A stretch of 64,000 bases of DNA from an uncultured bacterium. GTDB taxonomy: Bacteria; Actinomycetota; Acidimicrobiia; Spongiisociales; UBA5794. The DNA is taken from assembly GCA_963801165.1 (NCBI GenBank), contig CAWDDT010000006.1:1-64000 (forward strand). The letters run 5' to 3'. The translations under genes and the position numbers were made by a program. The notes beneath the pieces were generated by a model that was given only the letters and a program-made list of their open reading frames with translations, ran no database searches and was not told the origin of the DNA. Shown here piece after piece: positions 10,331-20,276 of this stretch (position 1 is its first letter; each line of letters begins with the position of its first letter).

Positions 10331-11178
10331 CGGTTTCTACTATCGGCCAACCCGTTCGTCGAACACACCTGGGGTGGGAAACGGGCCGATTCCTCGACTG
10401 GCGATGGGGCGGCAACATCCTGCGCAACCGAGCCGAACCAGGCTTCTTCGCTGGCAACGGCACGGTCATCGGGCGCAACAACAGCATCTCAGCCCTGGTG
10501 ATTGCCGAGCGAGGCGCCGAAGACCACTGCATCCTCACCGCCACCGAAGACGCAGAACTGGTCGACGCCGTCCTCGCTTGGCTACTCGAAAGACGCGGCC
10601 GGCAGCCGACAATCTTCTATCCGTCGGACGAGGCAACGTGGCTCCGCGACGTTCTGGCCGCCAAAGGTTTCGAGAAGGGTGACGTGGAGGAGATGGGGTG
10701 GGGCTACGACCTCACACAACTCGGCGACCCCCCGCCGCCGCCTGACGGGTTCGTCATCGATCACGTGTCTGGAGAGTCGGACTATCCCGAGATTGCCCGG
10801 TGGCTCGAGGGTGCCTTCGGAGGGGAAGGAGATCGGATTGCCGTCCTGCGCAGCATCGCTCGCAACCCTGGGTACCGGCCGGAGCTTCAACGTGTCGCCC
10901 GCAGTGCCGACGGTCGGATCGCCTCCTACTGCCGCGGCACGGTCGATGCCGACTCAGGGGTGGGGAGTATCGACCCGGTTGCGACTCACCCCGACTTCCA
11001 GGGCAACGGCCTCGGGCGAGCCATCGTGCTCGCCTGTTTCGCTGCCCAGGCACGGCTGGGCGGAAGGGAGATCTATATCGTATCCGGGCCGGTGGGTTCG
11101 GCGGGGAGCCGGCTGTATCGGAAGCTCGATCCAGTGTCGATGATCAGCTATTCCGAGTGGTCGCGACCTACCGCCTGA
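10330..11178 (+). pseudogene. GNAT acetyltransferase, apparently 5'-truncated
   Basis: IDPVATHPDFQGNGLGRAIV acetyl-CoA motif, SRLYRKL; no start/RBS apart from the integrase junction. Confidence 0.7.
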
Positions 11179-11349
11179 GATCCAACGTGGCTTGACCGCC
11201 CGGACCGACCGCGGACGATGGCCATCAGGGTCTTCGTAGCGGACCGCCGGATTGCCCTGCTGCAGGGGTAGCTTGAACTGCAGGTAATCGTACACATATA
11301 GGCGTGCGTGTAAACAATAACCTGCGTTTCGGCCTAGTGACCCTGATGT

Positions 11350-11450
11350 ACCGCAAACGTCAGACACGGTGCGCCGGACCCGAATCAGGTCCCGATGCGG
11401 GTCGAAGTCGCGGAACTGGAGACCTGCCAGCTCTCGGATGCGGAGCCGGC
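11350..11450 (-). pseudogene. Second tyrosine-integrase fragment (box I)
   Basis: Minus-strand translation RLRIRELAGLQFRDFDPHRDLIRVRRTVSDV parallels GLRFGELAALRTDDLDLLRRTLRV. Confidence 0.6.
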
Positions 11451-11461
11451 CGAGCCGAAAC

Positions 11462-12304
11462 TCAGCCCGAGTCGCGCTTGCCCATCAGCGAAAACGCCAC
11501 CACCAAAGCCACCGCGACCCACGTCACCAGCGTGCCGCCACCCGTCAACGGGCCGAGGTACGTCACTGAGTCCGTCTTCAGCTGGGCCGTGCTGAGCTGT
11601 TCCGCGGCCGACGCCGGGAAGTACGCCAGGATGTCACGCTGGACCCACTGCGGCAGCAGCGCACCGAGGATCGCCGGGGCAAAGATGAAGCCGACCGCCG
11701 TCGCGATCGCGCCTGCCGCGCTGCGCATCATCACGCCGAACGACAGGGCCAGCAGCGCGAACGCCGCGAACTCCGCGCCCCAGCCGAGCAGGCTGCGCAC
11801 CACGCCCGGGCCGCCGAGGCCCAGCGTCGGGATGGCCGGGTTTATGCCCAGGACCAGCTGGCCGATGAAGAACGCCGCCGCCGCGGACAGGGTGCCGAGC
11901 ACGAACGCCAGCAGCCCGGCCACCACGGCCTTCGAGATCAGGACCCGGCCGCGGTGCGGGGTGACGGCCAGGGTAAGGCGCATCATCCCTGTCGAGTACT
12001 CACCGGACACGGCGAGCACCCCGAGCACGGAAATGAGGATCAGGCCGAGGTTCATCCCGACCATGCTGATGCCGGCCGAGTCGAAGTCCGCCGTCTGGGC
12101 GGCGGGCAGGTTCTTGTAATCCATCTCGGTCAGGAAGCTGAACAGCACGGAGAACCCGACGCTGACGACGGCCGCCGCGATGACGACGAGCCAGGTCGAG
12201 CGGACCGACTTGAGCTTGGTCCACTCCGCGGCGAGCGAGTTGGTGATGCCGGGCGAGGTCTTCGTCTTCGGCAATGAAGCCGTTGCGGTCGTCACGTCTC
12301 TCAC
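11462..12304 (-). CDS. ABC transporter permease (ABC-2 type)
   Basis: AEWTKLKSVRS, GEYSTGMMRLTL, about 6 TM segments. Confidence 0.9.
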   Translation of the reverse strand: MRDVTTATASLPKTKTSPGITNSLAAEWTKLKSVRSTWLVVIAAAVVSVGFSVLFSFLTEMDYKNLPAAQTADFDSAGISMVGMNLGLILISVLGVLAVSGEYSTGMMRLTLAVTPHRGRVLISKAVVAGLLAFVLGTLSAAAAFFIGQLVLGINPAIPTLGLGGPGVVRSLLGWGAEFAAFALLALSFGVMMRSAAGAIATAVGFIFAPAILGALLPQWVQRDILAYFPASAAEQLSTAQLKTDSVTYLGPLTGGGTLVTWVAVALVVAFSLMGKRDSG

Positions 12305-13269
12305 TCCGTTCCGCCGCGAGCGCGTCGGACCGTCTCGAGAACCTTGTGCTCCTCCGGCGGCGCGCCGCTGTGGGAGCGGTACTGCACACGGTCCTTCGTA
12401 AGGTCCATGAACGCGGTCTCGAGGCTGGCGCGGACCGGCGTGAGCTCGTGCAGCCCGAACCGGCGCTCCAGCGCAAGGTCGCCGATCTCCGGCGCGTCCA
12501 GGCCCACGATGTTGAGCGATCCGTCGTCCAGCTTCGTCACCTTGCCGCCCGCCCGTTCGAGAGCTTCGGCGAGTTCGGCGGCGTGCGGCGAGACGACGTG
12601 GACGTGGCTGTGCGCGCTGCGCTGGGTGAAGTCGGCGATTGGCATGTCGGCGATGAGCTCGCCCCGGCCGATCACGATGACGTGCGCGGCGGTCTCTTCC
12701 ATCTCGTTCATCAGGTGGCTGGACACGAAGACCGTCCGCCCCTCAGCGGCGAGGTCCTGCATGAGGGTCCTGATCCAGTAGATGCCCTCGGGGTCGAGGC
12801 CGTTGACCGGCTCGTCGAACAGCAGCGTAGGCGGGTCGCCCAGCAGGGCGGTCGCGATGCCGAGCCGCTGGTACATGCCGAGCGAGAAGTTGCCGACCTT
12901 CTTGCCCGCGACGTCGGTAAGGCCGACGGTGTCGAGCACCTCGTCCACCCGCTTGCGCGGGATGCCGCCGGCCTGCGCCACCCACTGCACGTGCCGGTAC
13001 GCCGTGCGCGCGCCGTGGACGGCCTTCGCGTCGAGCAGCGCCCCGACCTCCCGCATCGGCGCCGGCAGGTCCCGGTAGGCCTTGCCGTTGACCGTGACCG
13101 AGCCGCCGCTGGGGGCGTCCAGGCCGAGGATCATGCGCATCGTGGTCGACTTGCCCGCACCGTTGGGCCCCAGGAAACCGGTCACGACGCCAGGCTTGAT
13201 GTCGAACGACAGGCCGTTGACGGCCGTCGTGTCCCCGTATCGCTTCGTCAGATCTCGTGCTGTGATCAA
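12301..13269 (-). CDS. ABC transporter ATP-binding protein
   Basis: Walker A GPNGAGKST, FSLGMYQR, LLFDEP, SSH. Confidence 0.95.
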   Translation of the reverse strand: MITARDLTKRYGDTTAVNGLSFDIKPGVVTGFLGPNGAGKSTTMRMILGLDAPSGGSVTVNGKAYRDLPAPMREVGALLDAKAVHGARTAYRHVQWVAQAGGIPRKRVDEVLDTVGLTDVAGKKVGNFSLGMYQRLGIATALLGDPPTLLFDEPVNGLDPEGIYWIRTLMQDLAAEGRTVFVSSHLMNEMEETAAHVIVIGRGELIADMPIADFTQRSAHSHVHVVSPHAAELAEALERAGGKVTKLDDGSLNIVGLDAPEIGDLALERRFGLHELTPVRASLETAFMDLTKDRVQYRSHSGAPPEEHKVLETVRRARGGTE

Positions 13270-13871
13270 GCGCCTGCTCCGAACCCGATCTTATAGCGCA
13301 GGTGGGTCACACCGGTACCCGCAGTCACTATCGGGTCGTCGAGGACAACCGGCGTGTGGGCGAGGTGGTCAAACAGCCGGATGCCGGAACCGAGAAGAAC
13401 CGCCGCCACGTCGATGGAGAGCTCGTCGATCAGGCCGGCGTTCAGCAGCTGCTGAATTGTGTCAGCGCCGTGCACCCCGACCGACTTTCCGGCGGCAGCA
13501 GCCTTGGCCTGGTCGACGGCGCTCTCGAGACCATCGGTTACGAAGCGGACCGTCGAGTCGGCTCGGGGCCAGCCGTCTGGGATCTCGTGGGTGAGGACGA
13601 AGGCCGGACCCCACGCGTGGTTGCCGCCCCAGCCGTCGGCTACCGCGAAAGTCCGGCGCCCAGTCAGCACAGCGCCCAGTTCTGACGTGAGTCGGCGAAT
13701 GTGCTCAGCGCTCGGACCCGACACCCGGAGGGTCATCGGGTCCGACCCTCCGGTGTCGAGCTCGACATCACCTGACCCGAAATACCAGTTGAACACCTCC
13801 GCGACACCATCGTTGGCGTCTGCGACGAAGCCGTCGACCGACATCGACATGATGGCGATGACCTTCGACAT
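13266..13871 (-). CDS. Dihydrofolate reductase/RibD C-terminal family protein (copy 1)
   Basis: MSKVIAIMSMSVDGFVA, GRRTF, HGADTIQQLLNAGLIDEL, LLGSGIRLF. Confidence 0.9.
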   Translation of the reverse strand: MSKVIAIMSMSVDGFVADANDGVAEVFNWYFGSGDVELDTGGSDPMTLRVSGPSAEHIRRLTSELGAVLTGRRTFAVADGWGGNHAWGPAFVLTHEIPDGWPRADSTVRFVTDGLESAVDQAKAAAAGKSVGVHGADTIQQLLNAGLIDELSIDVAAVLLGSGIRLFDHLAHTPVVLDDPIVTAGTGVTHLRYKIGFGAGA

Positions 13872-13903
13872 TCCGTCGCGCCTCTCGTTACCGGCGCGGC
13901 GAG

Positions 13904-14107
13904 TCATGCGCGGCGGACATTCTGCCCGGCGTCCTTCACCAGTCGCTCGCCGAGATGGAGTTCCTTCCACAGCGACCGGTCGACCCTGATCTTCTCGGTT
14001 TCGCCGCCATCGGTCTCGACGCTGACCCGCCGGTAGAGGTTCGAGCCGTCCAGCAGTTCGCGCGACTTCTTGATCACCGTGCCGCTCCAAGCGCCTTTGC
14101 GGGCCAT
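13904..14107 (-). CDS. Small hypothetical protein (67 aa)
   Basis: RBS GGAAGGA; MARKGAWSGTVIKKSRELLDGSNLYRR...; first gene of the operon. Confidence 0.7.
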   Translation of the reverse strand: MARKGAWSGTVIKKSRELLDGSNLYRRVSVETDGGETEKIRVDRSLWKELHLGERLVKDAGQNVRRA

Positions 14108-14191
14108 ATGATTTCCTTCCATCCGACGGAGGTTCCGCGGATGAAGATTATCGATGATAGCCTTCGTCGTCAAACGTGATAATCTCTGACT

Positions 14192-14818
14192 ATGCCGTAC
14201 CCGTCGCGCACCGATCGAGCGTCGATCGTGGCCGCCGCCATCACCGTGCTGGCTGAGCGCGGGCTGGACGACCTCTCGCTCCGAACGATCGCAACGCATC
14301 TCGGCGTCCGTCAACCCGCGCTCTACCACCACATCGCCAGCAAAGCCGAGTTGCTGGATGCCATGGCCGACGAGGTCCTGGATCGTTGGCACACCGACCG
14401 TCTCCCCGTCGACGGTGAACGGTGGGACGTGTTCGTCGCCAGGAACGCGCGGAGCTTTCGACGGGCGATGCTCAGCGTTCGCGACGGGGCGAGGCTGATC
14501 GCGTCCGCGGGTTCTCGAAGCCCTCAGCTCGATAACGCGATCGCCCAGGTGGCTCTCCTGGAAGACGCCGGCTTCCCCTCGACGTATGCCGTCCTAGCGC
14601 TGATCGCGGTCTCCCGTTACACGATCGGTTCGGCGATCGAACAGCAAACGAGCCGTGATGACGGACGCATTGTGATCGACACCGACCGGGACGATGACGC
14701 GGCGGTCCACATCATCGAGACCACACGGCACGTTGTCGCTCTCGGTCAAGACCACGAGTTCGAGACCGGTCTCGCCGCCCTCATCCGAGGACTCCACCCC
14801 ACTACGGCGCACTCCTAG
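14192..14818 (+). CDS. TetR family regulator (tetracycline-repressor-like C-domain)
   Basis: LSLRTIATHLGVRQPALYHH, RDGARL, FETGLAALIRG. Confidence 0.9.
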   Translation: MPYPSRTDRASIVAAAITVLAERGLDDLSLRTIATHLGVRQPALYHHIASKAELLDAMADEVLDRWHTDRLPVDGERWDVFVARNARSFRRAMLSVRDGARLIASAGSRSPQLDNAIAQVALLEDAGFPSTYAVLALIAVSRYTIGSAIEQQTSRDDGRIVIDTDRDDDAAVHIIETTRHVVALGQDHEFETGLAALIRGLHPTTAHS

Positions 14819-15177
14819 AAGCACGCTATCCGCCCATCGCCGCGCCGGGTGAGCGATATGGGCGGTCTGCGGTGGCCCGATGCGATCGATGGGGTTTCAG
14901 GCGAGGAAGGTCAGATGACGGGATGGGGTTGTACAGGGAGAGCCTGGCTCGCGCAATCGTTCTCCCTGAACCGCAGCACCCCACAATCCACTCGGAATCG
15001 TGATGTCGGCGAGCGTTGGCCGGCGCGGGAGTGCTGGAACTGTCGGGGTCAACCGGTGACGGTGCGTCTACAACGGGTGCGGATGGTCGGTCAGCCGATC
15101 TTGCCGTGTCTCGGGGTTTGGGGTTTGGTTGTCGCTCAGGTGACCGCGATCGCCTCCGCGGGAGCTGTTGGGAGTGG

Positions 15178-15843
15178 CTAACCAAAGTGCTCGGCGATAG
15201 CTGTCTTGCCGGTTTGGGTGACTCGGATGGATCTGGGTTGCTGTCCGTGGGTGACCCAGCGTCGTTCGAGAAAAGTGTGGAGGAGGGCTGCGCCGGCGGC
15301 TCCGGCGAGATGGGGTCGACGTTCGGTCCAGTCGAGGCACTTGCGGACGGTTGGGCGTCGGCTGGTTTTGGCGGTGTCGATGTCGACTCCGATGTTCTCG
15401 AGGTGTTGGGTGCCCGATGCGGTCAGTTGGAGCTGGTGGTCTGTTTCGATTAAGTGGCCGTTTGCAATGAGTTGGGTACAGATCTGGACTGCTAGTTCGC
15501 CGGCGAGGTGGTCGTAGCAGGTGCGGGCGTAGGCGAGGGCAGCCGGGGCTCGGGGTGGTGCGGGCAGCTGGACAGTGGTTGTTGCACCGAGGGTTTCGAG
15601 TAGTTGTGCGATCTCTGGGCCAGCGAGCTGGAAGTAGCGGTGACGGGCCTGGGCTTCGACGGTGACCATGCCGGCATCGAGCAGTTTTGAGAGGTGTTCG
15701 CTGACGGTGGAAGGGCTAACTCCAAGGTAGCGGGCGAGTTCACCTCCGGTGTGGACTCGTCCGTCCATCAACACGGTGAGGAGCTCGGCGCGGGTGTCGT
15801 CGGACAGCAGGGAGCCTAGGGCGGCGAGCGGACTGTGAGCCAT
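15178..15843 (-). CDS. ArsR family regulator with winged-helix C-domain
   Basis: GELARYLGVSPSTVSEHLSKL, ARTCYDHLAG, CLDWTERRPHLAG. Confidence 0.9.
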   Translation of the reverse strand: MAHSPLAALGSLLSDDTRAELLTVLMDGRVHTGGELARYLGVSPSTVSEHLSKLLDAGMVTVEAQARHRYFQLAGPEIAQLLETLGATTTVQLPAPPRAPAALAYARTCYDHLAGELAVQICTQLIANGHLIETDHQLQLTASGTQHLENIGVDIDTAKTSRRPTVRKCLDWTERRPHLAGAAGAALLHTFLERRWVTHGQQPRSIRVTQTGKTAIAEHFG

Positions 15844-15866
15844 GCACCGAACACTAGCGCGACAAC

Positions 15867-15886
15867 GTTTCGGCGCTGGCCGAAAC
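15867..15886. promoter_or_regulatory. Candidate ArsR operator
   Basis: GTTTCGGC-GCTG-GCCGAAAC perfect 8-bp inverted repeat in the divergent gap. Confidence 0.6.
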
Positions 15887-15952
15887 ATCCACGTCCTATG
15901 TTGCTATCGGAACGGCGCTGACGAGGTACCGATCACCGAGAGGAGACCACCT

Positions 15953-16306
15953 TTGATTGCCATGCTTTTCGAGTTCTGGTTCGACCCGGACACACCCGAG
16001 GTGTTCGCCGAGTACCTCCGGGAGTCAGCCCAGGTGCGGGCTCACCTCACCGGGGTGGACGGGTTCCAAGGGGTGGAGCGGTTTGAAAGCTCCTCGGAGC
16101 CGGGCAAGTTCGTGGCGATCGGCTTCTTCGACAACGAAGAAGCGGTGACCGAGTGGCGGAACCGGTCCGAGCATCGCCGTGTCCAAGCGCTGGGTCGGAG
16201 CCGGTTGTTCACCAATTACCGGCTACGGATGGCACAGGTGATCCGGGACTGCGGACCCAACGATCGTGACCAGGCACCGGCCGACAGCCGCGCGCTCCAC
16301 CGATGA
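15953..16306 (+). CDS. Antibiotic biosynthesis monooxygenase (ABM) family
   Basis: RBS AGGAG + TTG; DGFQGVERFES, WRNRSEHRRVQ, YRLRMA. Confidence 0.85.
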   Translation: MIAMLFEFWFDPDTPEVFAEYLRESAQVRAHLTGVDGFQGVERFESSSEPGKFVAIGFFDNEEAVTEWRNRSEHRRVQALGRSRLFTNYRLRMAQVIRDCGPNDRDQAPADSRALHR

Positions 16307-16335
16307 ACCACATCCAAGAAAGGAGAACCTGAGAC

Positions 16336-16749
16336 ATGTACGACCTTGAGATCATCATGGAGAACCAGCCTGGTCAGCTCGCCCTCATGGGTGAAACCCT
16401 CGGCAAGGCTGGCTTCAGCGTCGAGGGAGGCGGCATGTTCCTTGTCGACGATACTGGCGTGGCCCACTTCTTGTTCGAGGACGGCCCCGGCGCCCAGACC
16501 GCCCTCCAGGCGGCCGGACTGACGGTCAAGGCGTGTCGAGAGGTGCTGGTGCAGCGATTGAGCCAGGATGAACCCGGACAGCTCGGAAAGATCTGTCGAG
16601 CCATGGCCGACGCCGGTGCCAACATCGAGACCCTCTACAGCGACCACGACCACCAACTCGTCCTCGTCGTCGACGACTCTGCCAGGGGCTACCAAGTTTC
16701 CGAGAAGTGGACAACACAGCGAGCGGGCATCGGCGGCGCGCACCAGTGA
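16336..16749 (+). CDS. ACT-domain protein
   Basis: Two ACT-like repeats ENQPGQL and QDEPGQLGKICRAMADAGANIE. Confidence 0.85.
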   Translation: MYDLEIIMENQPGQLALMGETLGKAGFSVEGGGMFLVDDTGVAHFLFEDGPGAQTALQAAGLTVKACREVLVQRLSQDEPGQLGKICRAMADAGANIETLYSDHDHQLVLVVDDSARGYQVSEKWTTQRAGIGGAHQ

Positions 16750-17681
16750 AGCACCCTACCCGAGGTGGCGAGTCGCGCGTTCTGCGAACCGCCGATGGTT
16801 CGAACACCGATGCGTTTGACGCCGCGGACTGGGGTCTCGCTCTCTTAGTGGCATTGATCTGGGGATCTTCGTTCCTGTGGACAGCCATAGGCCTTGACTC
16901 GATCGACCCAGCCGCGGTTGCCTTTCTCCGGGTCGCTCTTGGCGCCATAGCGTTGTGGGCGTTCCCGCCAGCCCGTCGTCCGGTCGCCAGGGCGGTGTGG
17001 CCCGCAATCGTGGTCGTCGCCATCGCCGGCAATGCTGGCCCTGCACTGTTGTTTGCAATCGCCCAACAACGGGTCGAGTCCTCGGTTGCCGGGATGATTA
17101 ACGCTGCTACTCCCTTGCTGGTCCTCACCATCGGCGTTTCACTCACACGACGAAGCCCCGGGCCCCACCAGATCGCCGGGCTCACCACTGGCTTCATCGG
17201 AGTTGCAGTCATGGCCGCTCCGAATCTGGTCGGAGCCAACGCCGAGCCGCTCGGGATCGCGTTGTTGGTTTTGGCCGTGGCGGGCTATGGCCTTTCCAAC
17301 AACATCATTGTTCCGCTCCAACAAAGGCACGGATCACCTGCCATCGTCGGACGGGCACTGATTGTCGGTTCAATACTCCTCGCCCCGATCGGGGTGGTCG
17401 GGCTCACACGCTCCAGCCCCACCGTTGGATCATTGGTCGCTGTGGCAATCCTCGGCGTATTGGGGACCGGTCTGGCCCGGGCGCTCAACGCCACCCTCGC
17501 TGGTCGCACTGGTGCCGCTCGAGGCTCGATCACTACCTACCTCGTGCCTGTTGTCGCCATCGGTCTCGGCGTGGTCTTCCGCAATGACGCCATCCAGACT
17601 GCCGAGACGGTTGGCCTAGCCCTCGTACTCGGCGGCGCCTACCTGATCAGTCGACGCCAACGAACCACCACCATGACCTAG
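16746..17681 (+). CDS. DMT/EamA family transporter
   Basis: IWGSSF, RVALGA, SSVAGMINAATP, TYLVPVVA; about 10 TM. Confidence 0.9.
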   Translation: MKHPTRGGESRVLRTADGSNTDAFDAADWGLALLVALIWGSSFLWTAIGLDSIDPAAVAFLRVALGAIALWAFPPARRPVARAVWPAIVVVAIAGNAGPALLFAIAQQRVESSVAGMINAATPLLVLTIGVSLTRRSPGPHQIAGLTTGFIGVAVMAAPNLVGANAEPLGIALLVLAVAGYGLSNNIIVPLQQRHGSPAIVGRALIVGSILLAPIGVVGLTRSSPTVGSLVAVAILGVLGTGLARALNATLAGRTGAARGSITTYLVPVVAIGLGVVFRNDAIQTAETVGLALVLGGAYLISRRQRTTTMT

Positions 17682-17948
17682 CGACGCGCCGGTGCGGCAG
17701 AAGGGCGTGAAATCGAGCAACAATGACGTCGGTTCCGGTGTCATTCTCGTGTCGTTGCACATGCCGCACCAGCCCGCGTGCGATCGGCCCATCTCACCGC
17801 CCGACAACGACAAATATGGGCGATATCACCCCAAATATCGAGTGCGCGAGAACGGCACTTCCCCGCTTGGTGGGATAGACACTCACGGTGGTGGTGACGC
17901 TCCGGCTGCTTCAGGAACCGGATCTGGGTGAGGTAACGTCGAACAGAT

Positions 17949-18515
17949 ATGCCGCTGTCAGCGCGATACGCCCTGCTGCTGGTTGTTGCTGCTGGAACGC
18001 CGGTGACGGGGTGCTCGTCGTAACCGGACATCTTCCGCGCACAATCATCTGGCGATGGCACCACGCTGCGCTTCGAAATGAATGCCTGTCACGGAGACTA
18101 TGCGGTGACGATCAGCGAAGATCTCGAGGAGGTCCGTGTCAGCATTACCGATCAGCGCCGCCGTACCCCGTTCTCGGGCGGTGACGACTGCGGTGATGTC
18201 GTTGGCCCGGTTGTGCTTGAGGAACCGTTGGGTGATCGTCGCTTGATCGATACCAACCACGATATTGAGATTCGGGTGCTGTTCACACCGTGGAACCACT
18301 CCAAGTACTCCGGAGCCGACTACCTGTCAGCGGTAGAAGCGGCTGCACAATGTATTGAGGACATGGACCGGCAGGCGACCGTCAGTATCGTGACGAACCA
18401 AGGCGGTAATCCAGACCTCAGAGTGGACCTTCCAGAGCTCGGAGACGGCGAAAGCCGCCAAATCAACCCCGAGACAGTCTGTGTCGAACAGCACATAGAC
18501 CCACTCCGCCATTAG
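17949..18515 (+). pseudogene. Putative lipoprotein with in-frame TAA at 18021
   Basis: MPLSARYALLLVVAAGTPVTG-CSS* then in frame with ORF 18078-18515. Confidence 0.5.
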
Positions 18516-18665
18516 CCACGCCGATCAGAAGATCCCGCTCGATAATGAGCATCTCGCCGAGCGAGAGATATCGGCACCTCTCCGCTGGGTGGTCGGACAC
18601 GCTCGGTTGTGTCGTTCGCTAGGAGGCCAAGCGGATGACACCCACATTCTGCTTTGGGTGAGTGC

Positions 18666-18941
18666 CTATCGGGGTCGGTAGATATCTGCCCGATGGTCGA
18701 TGTAGATGACCTGGACCGTCCGGTTGATCTCGCTGATCTCGTAGACGATGCGATAGGCGCCGACTCTTGCGGAATGAAGGCCGACTAGGTCGCCCCGCAG
18801 TGGTTTACCGACCCGATGCGGGTCTTCGAGTAGTGGACCAACAAGGTAGTCCAGGACTGCGAGGGCAATCTTTTCGGGGAGTCGATCAATAGCTCTTCGG
18901 GCCGGCCCGGCGACGACCAGATCCCAAGGCGGTTCTGTCAT
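18666..18941 (-). CDS. RelE/ParE family toxin (copy 1)
   Basis: PHRVGKPLRGDLVGLHSARVGAYRIVYEI...IDHRADIYR. Confidence 0.92.
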   Translation of the reverse strand: MTEPPWDLVVAGPARRAIDRLPEKIALAVLDYLVGPLLEDPHRVGKPLRGDLVGLHSARVGAYRIVYEISEINRTVQVIYIDHRADIYRPR

Positions 18942-19225
18942 GCCGTCTTGGAGCGGAGTTGGGTACGCAGCGCTTCGATCTCGTCCATCGTGACAACATC
19001 GCCACTGGCAATGGCAGCCCGTCCTCGCTTGATCTCGCGCATAGCCGCCGGATCCGAGAGGATGGCCAGCGTCTCTTCGATTGCCTCCAGATCGTCTGTG
19101 CTGAGCACAACAGCGACCGGACGTCCGTTTCGTGTGACTGTGACACGTTCTTGGGTGGTGACGACTTCGTCGACGACCTCTGACAGTTTGGCCTTGACCT
19201 CGGAGAGCGGGAGTGTTCTTGACAT
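18938..19225 (-). CDS. Phd/YefM family antitoxin (copy 1)
   Basis: LPLSEVKAKLSEVVDEV, VTRNGRPVAVV, LEAIEETLAILSDP; overlaps toxin start. Confidence 0.92.
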   Translation of the reverse strand: MSRTLPLSEVKAKLSEVVDEVVTTQERVTVTRNGRPVAVVLSTDDLEAIEETLAILSDPAAMREIKRGRAAIASGDVVTMDEIEALRTQLRSKTA

Positions 19226-19232
19226 GACCATA

Positions 19233-19260
19233 ATTATAGTCTGAATGAGGGTTCGGTCAA
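19233..19260 (-). promoter_or_regulatory. Sigma70-type promoter, likely leaderless TA mRNA
   Basis: TTGACC-16-TATAAT, ATG 7 nt after the -10; same at 28785-28812. Confidence 0.7.
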
Positions 19261-19642
19261 TCCCCTTAGGGGTTTCCGGTTGTTACTCGGTTGCGGGCTC
19301 GGAGCACGGATTGATGTTGCGAGGATGGCGGCCGTGAAGCCCGAGATCTGTTCTAGCGGTGATCCACCCGGTGGCGAGGTTGTGTTGATCATCGGGGGGA
19401 GGGCCTCCGTCAAGCCGACACGATACGCGATCCGGAGTAACAGGACGCTCCCAACAAGCCAAGGTCTGAGCGCTGCCCACCTGTCTGGAAAGGGGGGGTA
19501 TCAAGGCATGGTGTCGCAGCGGGTTCCATCGTCTCCGAACGGATCGGGTGCTTCGTAGCCTCTTCCGAGCGGGGCCCTGAGGATGGGTGCTTCGTCGGCC
19601 GTCAGTCACGCTGCATCTCGGCGCTTGGGTTGCAGGACCGAC

Positions 19643-19685
19643 ACGAAAGACACTTGCGCAAGTCACTTGCGCAAGTGTCTTTCGT
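19643..19685. promoter_or_regulatory. 43-bp perfect palindrome, candidate operator over a leaderless promoter
   Basis: 21-bp arms around C19664; TTGCGC-17-TAGGGT then ATG 19703. Confidence 0.7.
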
Positions 19686-19702
19686 AAAGTAGGGTCGTCG
19701 GC

Positions 19703-20272
19703 ATGACTAGCAACAGGCCCGATCCCATCGACGACGCTGAGCGGATTCGTGCCCTCAGCCATCCCCTCCGTCTGGACCTCCTGGACTTCCTCAGTGAAGT
19801 GGAGGAAGCGACTGCCACGGATTGTGCGCGCCATACGGGCGAGTCCGTTGCATCTTGCTCATTTCATCTGCGAACGCTCGAGAGACACGGCTATATCGAG
19901 CGGTCTTCAAGGCGGGGGCGTGAGAAGCCCTGGCGGATCATTCGAGCAGTACGAGAGTTTCAGGGCTCACCCGGTGACCCCGACTCACTTTCGGCGACTA
20001 CGCGGCTCGCCGTCACCGTGTTCTCGTCGGAAGTCGACCGTATTCGGCGCTACTTCGCCGCCCCAGAGGTCGAAGACCCATCGTGGCACGACGCCTCTGC
20101 CATCATGAGAGCAGCCTTGTGGGTTACCCCGGATGAGCTCGAAGGGCTTCAGAACGAGGTCAAGCTACTAGTCACCAAGTACAACGATAGGAACGTCGAC
20201 CCGTCTCTCCGGCCGACAGGGGCACGACGCGTTCGCTACCTCGGCGTTGTCAATCCTGATCCCCGTGGATGA
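19703..20272 (+). CDS. ArsR/HTH_20 family regulator
   Basis: RALSHPLRLDLL, ATATDCARHTGESVASCSFHLRTL. Confidence 0.9.
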   Translation: MTSNRPDPIDDAERIRALSHPLRLDLLDFLSEVEEATATDCARHTGESVASCSFHLRTLERHGYIERSSRRGREKPWRIIRAVREFQGSPGDPDSLSATTRLAVTVFSSEVDRIRRYFAAPEVEDPSWHDASAIMRAALWVTPDELEGLQNEVKLLVTKYNDRNVDPSLRPTGARRVRYLGVVNPDPRG

Positions 20273-20276
20273 GACG

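Noticed and set aside
9723-10544. Intact 273-aa integrase from the ORF track
   Set aside because: First ~70 aa are antisense of the GNAT fragment; arm- and core-binding domains are missing.
14826-15177. IS end or transposase tail
   Set aside because: Only vague YN..PHRS resemblance, no consistent frame or terminal repeats.
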